From: Octopus vulgaris
Taxonomy: Eukaryota
Reading direction: 5' to 3'
DNA length: 64,000 nt
NCBI GenBank assembly: GCA_951406725.2
Contig: OX597817.1
Span: 172,794,001-172,858,000 of the forward strand
Shown: positions 13,401-26,323 of the stretch, in pieces
Layout of the letters: each line of letters starts with the position of its first letter
Position numbering within the stretch: position 1 is the first letter of the stretch
Made by a program: the position numbers and the translations under genes
The notes under the pieces: model-generated
Databases searched by the model: none
Told to the model about the DNA's origin: nothing
What the model saw: the letters and a program-made list of their open reading frames with translations, nothing else

Positions 13401-16400
13401 TGTGATATATATGTATGAAAATGAAGCCTAATATCATAAGCACATTTGATCATGACCAATATACCTACTTAAAGCTACTTCGATTTACCAAAACCCAGAT
13501 GAGACGGTGAACAAAGCTATTTTAATTTCTATTTCATAGTTTTGCTTCATTTCAGTTGAATATACAGTTCTCTGCAAACTCACAATTCTAGTCCAGGGTC
13601 TTTACATTACAATCACGTAAAAACAAAAACATTTCAAGTGACAAACCTTTTCTTTATCCTCCTCCTCTTCTTCTTCATCATCATCTACATAGTCCTGAAA
13701 AATACAAAAACAGGGAAATACATGAAAATATGATTAAAGAAATATTAATCCATCTTTCTTGGTTTCACTTCTTTTAAAGATAAAAAAAATATTTTACCAT
13801 TTACACCTTGATTAGGTTTGATCAAAAGTTTTATGCATAATGGAAATAAAACACTTGGCAATGATTGGAAAATCAAATTGAACAAAATGTAGGAGAGAAG
13901 AAAATATTTAAAACAAAAATTCATATCTGAAAAATAATGAGACTAATAGTTTAAAAAATTATAATCTTATAAATAAGAATCCATAATTCCATTCACATTT
14001 AGGATGCTTTATAGGAAAATTTAATTGATATTTTATTTTAACGACCATGGAATGATAAAAAGCAAAGTTGATTTAACACAGAACACAAATTACCATAACT
14101 AAATAGGACATGGTGTTCAAAAGAGACGACTGCACTGGTTTGGTCATATCTTGTGAATGAATAAGGTCAGCTGTGTGAAAAAGTGTCACACCCTAGCAGT
14201 TGAGGGAACCTGTAGAAGAGGTAGACCCAGGAAGACATGGGATGAGGTGGTGAAGCACGACCTTTGAACATTGGGCCTTACCGAGGAAATGACTAGTGAC
14301 CAAGAACTTTGGAGATATGCTGTGCTTGAGAAGACCCAACAAGCCAAGTGAGACCATAGCCTATGCCAGTCAGTGTAGCCAGCCCACTTATGAGTATCCC
14401 TCGTTCATTGGACAATAAACTTTGCTAGCGAAGACCTGTTGGAGCAAGTGAAGTCAAAATCAAAATCACTGACGTAGCTGATGACAGTACTGCCTGATTG
14501 GAATGTGCCAGTGGAATGTTAAAAGCACATCCGAGCATGATTGTTGCCAGGGCCACGGATTGGCTCCTGTGCTGGTGGCACATAAAGAGCAGGATTTGAG
14601 CATTGCCTTACTGACACATGTGCCGGTGGCACATTGAAGACAGCATTTGAGTGTGGTCATTGCCAGTGCTGTCAGACTGGCTCCCATGCAGGTAGCACGT
14701 AAAACACACCTTTTGAGCGTGGTTGTTGCCAGAACCGCCTGACCGGTCCTCTTGCCAGTGGCAAGTAAAGCACCCACTATACTCTCAGAGTGGTTTGGCA
14801 TTAGGAAGGGCATCCAGCTGTAGAAACTTTGCCAGATCAGATTGGAGCCTGGTGCAGCCTTCTGGCTCACCAGTTCTCAGGCAAACTGTCCAACCCATGC
14901 GAGCATGGAAAGCGGACGTTAAACGACAATGACAATGAATTGCTGCAAGGTATTTTGTTGATTGCTCTACCAATTCTGCCATTCCACTGCCTCAGACATA
15001 TGTACAAGTAAATAAAACAAAATTATTGGAAATATGCAGAAAATGGTTACTTACTTCTGAAGATGGTTCTTTAACAAAATTGTCCATAACCATAGCAATA
15101 ATTAAATTTTTGATAAATATAATGAGTAGTGTAACAGGTAGCATATATAGTTCAAAGTTCCATACAACCATAACGTAAACCTGTGAATATATTATAAAGA
15201 AAAAAAAAAAAGAAAGATTAAATATGGTTTTAGATTCCACATTCATATCAGATACATAAAATAATGTCAGTGAAAAAGAAGTAAGCATGATTTGAAATTT
15301 TAGCATTTGTGATACCATCCTACACAAGACTGGGCCCTGGTTTGCTGATACAAATGACCTGTTATAAAATTATTTAAACGAACAACTTTCTCCTCTCAGT
15401 TTCTCTCTCTCTCGTTGTCATCATCTTCATCATCATCATCATCTAGCATCCGTTTTCCATGCTGACATAGGTTATAGGTTAGGTAGTTTGATTGGTTTGT
15501 AAAAATGTATATGGTAACTTCCTTTAATATTATTGTACATATAACATAATGCAAACGTGTAGCTTTTTTGTGCATTTTGTTTGCAGAAAATAAAGTAATA
15601 ACAGAAATAACGTTTAATAAATGTTGCTTATTGCAAGTTATGGATGATTCTTTTATGACTTCATTGCTTTCAGGCTTAGCTTAAGGTATTTTCACGCCCT
15701 ACATCACAAAATGCGCCTGAATAAACATTGCCGGACAGCAAATAAAGACTCAGACATTGCTTAGAAAATAATTTTCATTTTTAACCTCGTATATAGTACA
15801 CAATAGGGATTTTGACCTTTAAATTTTGGGGAAAAAATGCGGATTATACTTGAGGATTTATGGTAGATTAAAACAGAAAATGATTGTTAAAATTCACCCA
15901 TAAATGAAAGAGCTTATTAAAAAAATAATACTTACAATAAAGGCAGTGATACTCCGTGGTTTAGACTCATAGTCAAAACAACTCTGAATAAATTTTCCCG
16001 TTTCAACAAAAGAAGATACAATCTGAGAGACTCGGTTGATATTTCTCTTCATTACCTACAAACAAGAAACAGAAACATAAAGCTAATTAACGACCACTAA
16101 ACAGAACAAGAGCAAGAGTCAGAAAAGGGGTCAATATTGCTCCCTGGAGAGTCTATGTGCTTATCTAAGGAGTTGATAAACACACGAAATGAGTTTCAGT
16201 ATTAAAGGAACTGAATTATAAGCAAGCTGTTTTCCAACTTGAATACAACTTGATTTAAAAAGTTTAACTGAAATATACAATATGGAAACTGAAAATGCCT
16301 TAACAGATGTCACATTGTTGGTATATACCTAGTAAATATGCAATGCTAGCAGGCCAATTGGTGAGCCAATCTCTATATATAAAACTGAAGTTGTCTGTGT

Positions 16401-19400
16401 GGCAACGTTTGGTAGCCTTCAACTAACACTATCTCCTCCGAGACCCTGCAGCGCAAGTTGACCAAAATTGAGAGTATGATAGAAGAAGGCTTGCTCTTCC
16501 TTCTGTAGCAGAAAAAAATTCAAATCGGACCATGTTAAGACCAAAAATTATTTACATCAAAAAGGTGCTTTTTTTCTATGAAAATCCCTATTTTTTACGA
16601 TTTTTTGACTGCTGTGTCATAATTTTTCAGTGTATTTCAACCAGAAAAACGTTCACTTAATGAGAATAACAAGCTACATAATGCAAAATTTTTAGTTTTC
16701 AAAAATTCCAATTCTAAAGGGTCGAAAAGAAAACAAACCCAAGCAACGCTGGGCTATACTGCTAGTTAAGGATAAGCACACACTTTCCATGAAACCATTG
16801 TAATAGAGACACTCAATACTAGAGTGCACTTATTGCCTAGAGTGGTTTCATTTGTCTGACAATTTTGAATTTACTCTAATTCACACAAATTTCTGACCAA
16901 ATATCAATGCAGTAACTAGTATTCATGAAGCATATATTTAACATTAAATGTTCCTACTATATCAGTATAACATGATTAAAAATTTACTCATGGTTCTTTA
17001 TCAGTTTCATTAAATATTTTCGTTAAATTTCATTAAATATTCCTTATTAAAAAGCAGTAATGACACAAAATAATGAAGGAAATATTGTTTTTAAATCAAA
17101 AATTTTTTTTATTAATTAATTATACACAACTATCATGCGATAACAGGACAAAGAAATGATAATACCAACACACACATAACAGATTTCTTTCAGCTTTTTT
17201 ACTATGTACTCAACCATACACAAATCTTTTGTCCTTTAGCTGGCCTGGTGTTATAATAAAAAACATTTGCCCTAAGCATCACACAACAGAACTGAACCCA
17301 AAACCATGTCGTTGAGAAACTAACTTCTTAACCACACAGCCATACCTGCACATAGACGAAAAGGTGATACCTGTAGCAAGCTTGCAACTCATATATTTTG
17401 AACCAACAGTCTAGTATTGTAATTATTCATTATGAGATGAAAATGTGTGTTCATACAATATTTCATGAAAGGCAACCCTTTTAGATTTAAAATTAAAGGA
17501 TTATTTAGTAGACAGTAAATTGATTAGTCTAGAAAATTTACGCTGAAAATTATCCTCACAACTAAACTGATAGACAATTCTCTTCCATTGTTTTAAACTA
17601 TGTCATTCATTCAACTATGCTATAAGGCATAAATCATCATCATCATTGTTTAACGTCTGCTTTCCATGATGGCATGGGTTGGATGATTTAACTGAGGTCT
17701 GGCAAACCAGATGGCTGCATCAGACTCCAATCTGATCTGGCAGAGTTTCTACAGCTGGATGCCCTTCCTAATGCCAACTACTCTGAGAGTGTAGTGGGTG
17801 CTTTTATGTGCCACAGGCATGAGGGCCAGTCAGGCAGTACTGGCAACGGCCATGCTCAAATGGTGCTTTTTATGTGCCACCTGCACAGGGGCCAGTCCAG
17901 CGGCACTGGCAATGACCTCGCTCAAATGTTTTTTCATGTGCCACCAGCACAAGTGCCAGTAAGGCAACGCAGGTAACGATCATGCTCAAATGGTGCTTTT
18001 TACGTACCACCGGCACGGAAGCCAGTTTGTTGCTCTGGCAATGATCATGCTCGGATGATACTCTTAGCACTCCACTAGCATGGATGCCAGTCATCAAATT
18101 TGATTTCGATTTCGATAAATAGATACACTAATCAGCCTCAGTAGACAGAGATAATAAACAAACTGTGATATGGTTTGAATAATGAACCAAAGCTAGCAAG
18201 TCAGAAGTTCCATAATTTTTGGTGAAATTTTTTCTTTAATCAAAACTTTATACATTCACCGTACATGCAGATAATAAAAATAAGAAGTCAACATACTGAA
18301 ATTTTGAATTTTTGTTCAGCTTGCATATATTTATCTTCTTTGGGATTCACAGTACGAATTGCTGCTTTTATCTGTAAATAAAATTAGATTAGTAACCTTA
18401 AATTTAATCCAAAATTTTTCTACTCACAATATGTAACTGTTATCAATATTTTAACATCATCTAAAACAACATCTATAATACAATGTGTTGTCATTCTTAT
18501 TAAATCGTTTAATGTATACTTATTATTATGATGATATTCCACGTCTATTTTCACAAAGGGTTCATCAAATAATACTTTTCAATTTGCTGCAGACACTAGC
18601 ATTAAAATGAATTGAACTGAGATGGGGCAAGTTATAAAGAAATTTTTTATGAAAGTATTTACTGATATATCATCATCATCATCATCATCATCATCGTTTA
18701 GCGTCCGTTTTCCATGCTAGCATGGGTTGGACGGTTCTACTGGGATCTGTGAAGCCAGAAGGCTTCATCAGGCCCAGTCAGATCTGGCAGTGTTTCTACG
18801 GCTGGATGCCCTTCCTAACGCCAACCACTCCGAGAGTGTAGTGGGTGCTTTTTACGTGCCACCCGCACAGGTGCCAGACAGAGCTGGCAAACGGCCACGA
18901 ACGGATGGTGCTTTTTATGTGCCACCGGCACGAGGGCGAGGCAAGGCTGGCAAATAAAACAAAGTAAATTGTAAAATGTATACAAAATTATATTTTTTAC
19001 TATTAACCTTATCATTTTAAAAAAAATATTTACATTTACACTACATTTCAATTTGATCTCTAACCATCTTCAGGTGCCTTTTCCTGAATATATTCATAAT
19101 ACTTAGACTTGATTTGAATTACAAACCTTTATTTCTAGACTAAGAATATTGCTCTTGTCTACTAGGCCATTGATAGATGGAAAATATTTCAATAAAAAGC
19201 TTACATGGTTAAATATAATATCCATTTCTATTAATATTTTCCCTTTCTTCTTCCGTATTAATTTTTTATCTTTTAAGGCATACCATTTTCTCTCTCCTGG
19301 TTTGATCTGTAAAAATAACAGCAAAATTATATATATAAGACAAATAATAGATGAAATGTCATGAAAAGATAAGTGTTATAATGTTTATTTATGATTAAAA

Positions 19401-22400
19401 TAATTAAATATACAAAGCCTAACAATCATTATCATAAATCTGCAAGAAGACTGACACAGTTTTATTCTAAATATTTTTATATGTATTTTTCTTTTCTAAA
19501 ACTCTTGCTTCCATTCACCTGAACCAACTGAACAAAATTAACCAAGAGACACATGAAAAAAATTGGTAAAATATCCTCCAAAAGATATTTCAAATTATGG
19601 TAAGAATGGTGAGTATGTACAGTATGAAATATTTTTGCTTTGTATCATCTAACTAAAAGACAAAAAAAAAAGGGATATTTTTTTTTTTTTGTTTGCTTTC
19701 TGAAAATTCAAAATGAAGAAATCAAGACTTGAATCAAAGATATTTTACATCATTCAATGAAATTGTGGAAACTGGGATTATAAACAATTCAAAAATACTG
19801 CAATATGAATCTATAAAGGAAAGAACCTTTTTGTCAAAGTAATTCAACCAAATCATTAATTAATACTTACAAATGGATTCAAGTAAATTTAGGAACAAAG
19901 TCAACATCCACAGTAGTATTTTGCATATATCATCACAGAATATTATTTATGAAATACAACAGAACCATTCAAATGACTGAACTATAATGACTAGAATCAA
20001 TTCAGATCAAATTCATTTTACTGTTTTCTAAGTATTATGAAAATATTTATTTTCAGTAATAGGTTTTCAAAGAAATTTTCTTTTTATTTATACGCCCTTT
20101 TCAGGACTAGCCAGGTTCATGGGCCCGGTTTCCCGGTTTCTATGGTGTATGTGTTACCCCCAGCTGGACAGGACGCCGGTCCATCGCAGCGTTACTCAAG
20201 AAACAGGAAGAAAGAGTGAGAGAAAGTTGGGGCGAAAGAATACAACAGGGGTCGCCACCACCCCCTGCCAGAGCCTTGTGGAGCTTTTGGTGTTTTCGTT
20301 CAATAAACACACACAATGCCTGGTCTGGGAATCGAAACCACGATCCTCCGACTGTGGGTCTGCTGCCCTAACCACTGAGCCATTGCACCTTCCCTTTCAA
20401 AGAAATTGAATAGCCAAATTTTTATCTGTTCATTTTTAATTACAATACCTATGAAACTACTGGTACTTCTATATACTGTATTTGCCAGTGATATATGAAG
20501 CACTTTTTTTGTTTCTAAATGTATCAAAAAATTTCCTTGAATCTAATGAGGCCATATTACGGCTGGGAGACTGAGTGTCATAAAATAGGCATCTGGATGA
20601 GAATGAGTCACTGGGCTAGGCACAATAATTAGGCCAGTTTAAATGTGAAGGGCTAAAATATATCAATAAATGTTTGATGAAACATAATAAAATTGTTCTT
20701 TGCCACAAAATATCCTTTTGTGTTAGAGGTACATCTTATACACTAGCAGATATAGTAAATGGAAAATAAAAAGTGTATTCTAACCCATGAATGATCTAAG
20801 CTAAATGATAAACTTAATCACATAATTAATTAAAAGGGATGAAGAATGAGGAAGAACTAAGTTAATAATCAATAAAATTGATCTTACTTTTAATAGAGGA
20901 ATGCCTACTTTTCCAAGAAATTCGACTTTTTTATCTCTGTCTTCATCAAAAACTGTTACTTCTAATACAGAATGTAAATCTTTAATGTTACTGAAATAAA
21001 AGAGAAAAGTTATGAATTTAGGATTTCTATAAAACAAGAATCCATTATCATTATATCATCAATATTTAAAAAAGTACATTCAAGGTTGAGAATATTGAAG
21101 ATCAATAGGAATCAGTTGTTACTTACAATGTGAAGATCTTGTTCCATTGGGGATTGAGTGTTTTATATTCAGTTTGTGTTTGTAGTCGAGAATTTACTAA
21201 TTCAACAACACAAAACGGATCACTTTTCCCACCAATATCAGCAGAGAGTAAACCTTGAGCTTTAAATACTAGATAAGTGAAAAGAAAAAAATATATATAT
21301 ACATTATTATTCATAAATAAAGTACAGTTTAAGCCTTTCTTTGCTTGGTAGAAAATGAAATATATGTAAGATGCAAAAGCAACCAGGACATAACTTCAAA
21401 TATTATGATTTAACATTTTTCTCCTTACTCATTTCTACGACCCTCATCACTCTTTTATTCTTTATTCACTTACTGGTTTCAGTCACTGACTATGATCATT
21501 CAGGGGCACCAACTTCTATGGTGTCTTTTAGCCAAGTCTACAAACCTTAGTATTTAGTTTGGTACCTATTTTATCAATCTCTATCAAATGATTAGTGAAG
21601 GCGCATGGCTCAGTGGTTAGAGCGTCAATCTTATGATCATGAGGTTGTGAGCTCGAATCCTGGACCAAGCTGCGTGTTGTGTTCTTGAACAAGACATTTT
21701 ATTTCACATTGCTCCAGTTCACTCAGCTGTAGAAATGAGTTGTGATGTCACTGGTGCCAAGCTGTATTGGCCCCTTTGCTTTTCCTTTGGATAACATTGG
21801 TGGCATGGAGAAAGGAAGCCGGTATGTATGGGCGACTGCTGGTCTTCCACAAACAATCTTGCCCGGACTTGTGCCTGGGAGGGTAACTTTCTAGGTGCAA
21901 TCCAATGGTCAGTGTTGTGACCGAAGTCGGGTCTCAGAATCAAATGATTAACTCTCTTCCTTTACTGTATTTGATGACATAAAAGACACAGGGGCATATT
22001 GGATACCCAGCAGAGCATATTCAGGAAAAAAGGAAAACAGTTTTTAGTGCATCAAAGCATTTAATATTTAACCGTCTTGTTATCATATTTCTGTTGAAAT
22101 ACCCTACCTTTCAGCTAATTTTGAAAATAAGGAAGAATTTAGTAAAATAACTTTGTCATTAATGTTAGTCTTAGGAACATAAATTAACAGGAAATTTTGA
22201 GGGGAGGTTTTAATTTAGACCACTTTAAAACAGGAAGTCTGTATCATAGAACCAGGGGTAGTCTTAGGCTTCACATATAGGACCCTGGGTGATTTCTTTT
22301 AAAAATGTGCATTTTATAAGGAATATGGCACATTCCTTTTAAGGATACCATAAAGCATTTAAACTGGTTCACACAGTTATGCATAAATACATACATGCAT

Positions 22401-24213
22401 ATCATCATTTATACATCCCGATCCCATACTTGCATGAGTCAGACAGATCCTTTCCAACACAGTATCTCATACTTAGTTGTATCTTTTTGCTATATTCGTA
22501 CCTTTCATTCATTGGACACTAAACTCTGCTTGCAAAGACCTGTTGAGGCAAGTGAAATTGAAATCAAATTCGATGACTAGCATCCGTGCTAGTGGGGTAC
22601 TAAGAGTACCATACTAGTGTGATTGTTGCCAGAGCAACAAGCTGGCCTTCATGCCAGTGGCACATAAAAAACACCTTTCGAGCATGATTGTTACCTGCAT
22701 CTCCTTACTGGCACTTGTGCTGGTGGCACGTGAAAAAATATTCGAACGAGGTCGTTGCCAGTGCCACTGGACTGGCTCCTGTGCGGGTGGCACATAAAAA
22801 GCACCATTTGAGCATGGCCATTGCCAGTACCGCCTGACTGGCCCTCGTGTTGGTGGCACGTAAAAGCACCCACTACACTCTCGGAGTGGTTGGCATTAGG
22901 AAGGGCATCCAGCTGTAGAAACTCTGCCAGATCAGATTAGAGTCGGGCGCAGCCATCTGGTTTGCCACTCCTCAGTCAAATTGTCCAACCCATGACAGCA
23001 TGGAAAACAGACGTTAAACAATGATGATGATGATGATGATGATGATGATCCTTTGTGAGGTCCACCACAAAGAGCATCGGGAGATCAGCTTTCACCACTT
23101 TCTGCCCATATCTTCTTTGGTCTTCCTTTCCCACAATTTTCTTTCACTTGGATATTCTGGCACTTCTTTTTTACCCATCATCACATGTCCATACCAATAC
23201 AGTCATCTCTCTTGCACACTGCAGCTGATTCCTCTTATATTCAGTTTATCTTACAGCTCATCTCTACCATGTCATTCATTCACACTAACATTACTCATCC
23301 AGCAGAGCATTCTTATTTCATTTCTCTTCAGTCTTCACACATCCTCTGCATTCTTTACTTTTTGACCATGTCACAGCACTGCACTTTCTATGCTAGCAAC
23401 ATACAATCTACTCTTTGCTTGAGAGAAAAAAAATCCCCCTGAACTTTTCCAACCCTGTTTTTATTCTGGCAACTATTTATTTAGAGCATCCTTTCACAGA
23501 TAATTACATTGCCTCGGTAACGGAAGCTGTCAACTACTTCTATGGAGTTTTAAAAAACATTGAAAAGAAGTACATCTGTCGCATACAAAGTTTTTATCCA
23601 CTGTCAGCCTGCCTTTGATCTCAGTACACAAGTGCCAGATGCACTAACACACACATACAAGGCTTCTGTGCAGTTCCTGCCAACCAAATTTCATGTACGA
23701 GGCATTAATCAACCCAAAGCTATGGTAGGCATTTGTCCAAAGTGCCACGTAGTGGAATTGAAACTGAAACCACATGGTTGCAAAGAGAACCTCTTACCAC
23801 ACAGCATGCCTGCACCCACCTGCACATATATTTATGCACAATTGATCCTCTTATTATCTAACAGTGATAAGTGTGTGGGATTGGGTTCAATCCCACTGTG
23901 TGGTACTTTGGGCCAAGCAAAGCTTTATGAGTGGATTTGGGAGAGTGAAATTGAAAGAAGCCTGTTGTGTAAGAGAGTGTGTGTGTGTGTGTGTGTGTGC
24001 ATATGCACCTAAATTTCCTTATTTTGACAATATATGATAGTTGTAAATGGGTATCACTGTCATAGAAGCAGTGCCCTTTGCTTCAAATTTTCCATGAGGA
24101 AACATTATTTCACTTGAAAAGTTTGTCTGGTTCCACAAATTCCATCTGACATATGTAAGCATGGAAAAGTGAATGTCAAAATAATAATAATAATAATGAT
24201 AATGATAATAATA

Positions 24214-24244
<31 letters not shown>

Positions 24245-24271
24245 TAATGATAATAATAATAATAATAATAA

Positions 24272-24302
<31 letters not shown>

Positions 24303-24779
24303 AAAGACCAAAACAATAAAGTTTGCTTATTGATCGACATGAGCATCCCCTGTGATCATAATATCTCAGCGAAAGAGTTTGACAAGCTCAGAAAATATAA
24401 AGACCTACTCATTGAAATTGAGAAAATGTGGCATCTCAAGGCGGTTACAATACCAGTGATCGTAGGAGCACTAGGAATGATCAAGAAGGGAACCGAAAAT
24501 TATATGAGAATGATCCCTGGCTTACCATCCCTGCAAGAAGTGCAAAAGATTGTCTTAACTGGTACATCACACGTATTGAGAAGAACATTGTCGATGTGAG
24601 AACTGTTGCTGCTCATGTATTTTAATTTAACTTTAAAAAAAATAAATAAATTAAAAAATGAACGAACTATTAAGTTTAGTTTAATGGCCTACCAATGTAT
24701 ACTATGAGTTTCTTTGCCCTAGGAGTCGGGAAGACACTCGGCAAGAAATGGAAGCAAATTTGAAAGAAGAAAAAAAAAA

Positions 24780-24812
<33 letters not shown>

Positions 24813-25566
24813 GCAGTAATAATGACAATGATGAGAAAGGACAATTTAAAAAAACAATCAAAAACAACTTGCCTTTCACTTGGAGCCATCCAACATCTTT
24901 TAAATTACTCAGAGATTTCAGCAAGCCCTAGTAAATACAAATCAGTAAAAATAATTACATAACTTTCTCAGTTTTCCTCAAACAAGTCAAAATAAATATA
25001 AAATAAAGGAAGGCTGTAATTAAAATCTAAGAATTCAAACAATTTTATTTAATCCCCAAACCATTTTGTATTGATGCATCATCCCAGTTACTTCAATTAA
25101 ATTGCTGAGATCAATGTTGGCAGCTTTATTTTCTCTCTGACAAAATGAAAAATAGGGGTCTGGATAGCTACACCAATTCTTCAGCAAAAAAATAAACTAA
25201 CACAATTAATAAATCTTTAATTTAATCCCTCTCTCTCTCTCTCTCTCTCTGGTGTGTGCATGTATATGTGAGTGAGTGTACGCTGTTTTTGAACATACAC
25301 ACACATATCAATCATGAGGATGTACGCATACGTCTACCTGCTAGAAATGAGAGCTAAAATCCTTATTTAAACCACCAAATATTTGATGGTTCAAATGAGG
25401 GTTTTAGCTCTCATTTCTAGCAGGTAGACATATGTCCTTATGATCGATATAATTTTAATTCTATAGCTGTAGAATGCTATTATAGGCCTGCAACCACCTA
25501 TATTAATGTTGCTGTTATTTTACTCCTGATATATATATATATATACAGACACACACACACACACAA

Positions 25567-25597
<31 letters not shown>

Positions 25598-26278
25598 GAG
25601 AAGAGTTTAGGTCACCGGTAACCTTTATATTTTGTCTCTGATGATGGAATACCCTCTATAGGCAATTGTGGATCAACACATTGATCCATTACCTGGGATA
25701 TCCCAGAAACAGCTGTAAGACACTATTATTTTTATTTTCTATTTTTGCTTACTTCACCATTAAAATAATTCAAATGAACTGATAGGCTTGTCCAGCCTTG
25801 ATACTATTTTCATTTTCTTTAAATTATGTATATATATATACATATATATATATATATGAACTTCTCCCAGATCTCTCACTCTTCTGCTATCTGATGAAAG
25901 GGACACATCCTACACACCCAAGAAACTTTAATACATATGGAAATGAGTCTCACTGTTATTAAAAATATATGTAAATCTTACCATATGTGTTGAGTGGCAC
26001 TTTCTTTCATTTGTCCACTGTCTCGTATGTATGTATGTATGTATGTATGTATGTATGTACCCCTATTTCACTATGACCATAAAATCAGCCATACCTACAT
26101 AAAAGAATATGTCTCAGAAGATGCTAGTAAGATAACGATATAAAACTGAGGTGATAACCAGAAAGAGGAGGGGCAGGGGTGGCTTAAAGGTTGTAATGCA
26201 CTAATACCTGGACATCCTTGTTACTTATTTGCTGTGTGTGTGTGTGTGTGTGTTTGTGTGTGTGGTGTGTGTGTGTGT

Positions 26279-26323
<45 letters not shown>

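Noticed and set aside
25886-25940. Second hammerhead (CTGATGA...GAAAC)
   Set aside because: Stems I and III cannot be paired convincingly; at most a decayed relic.
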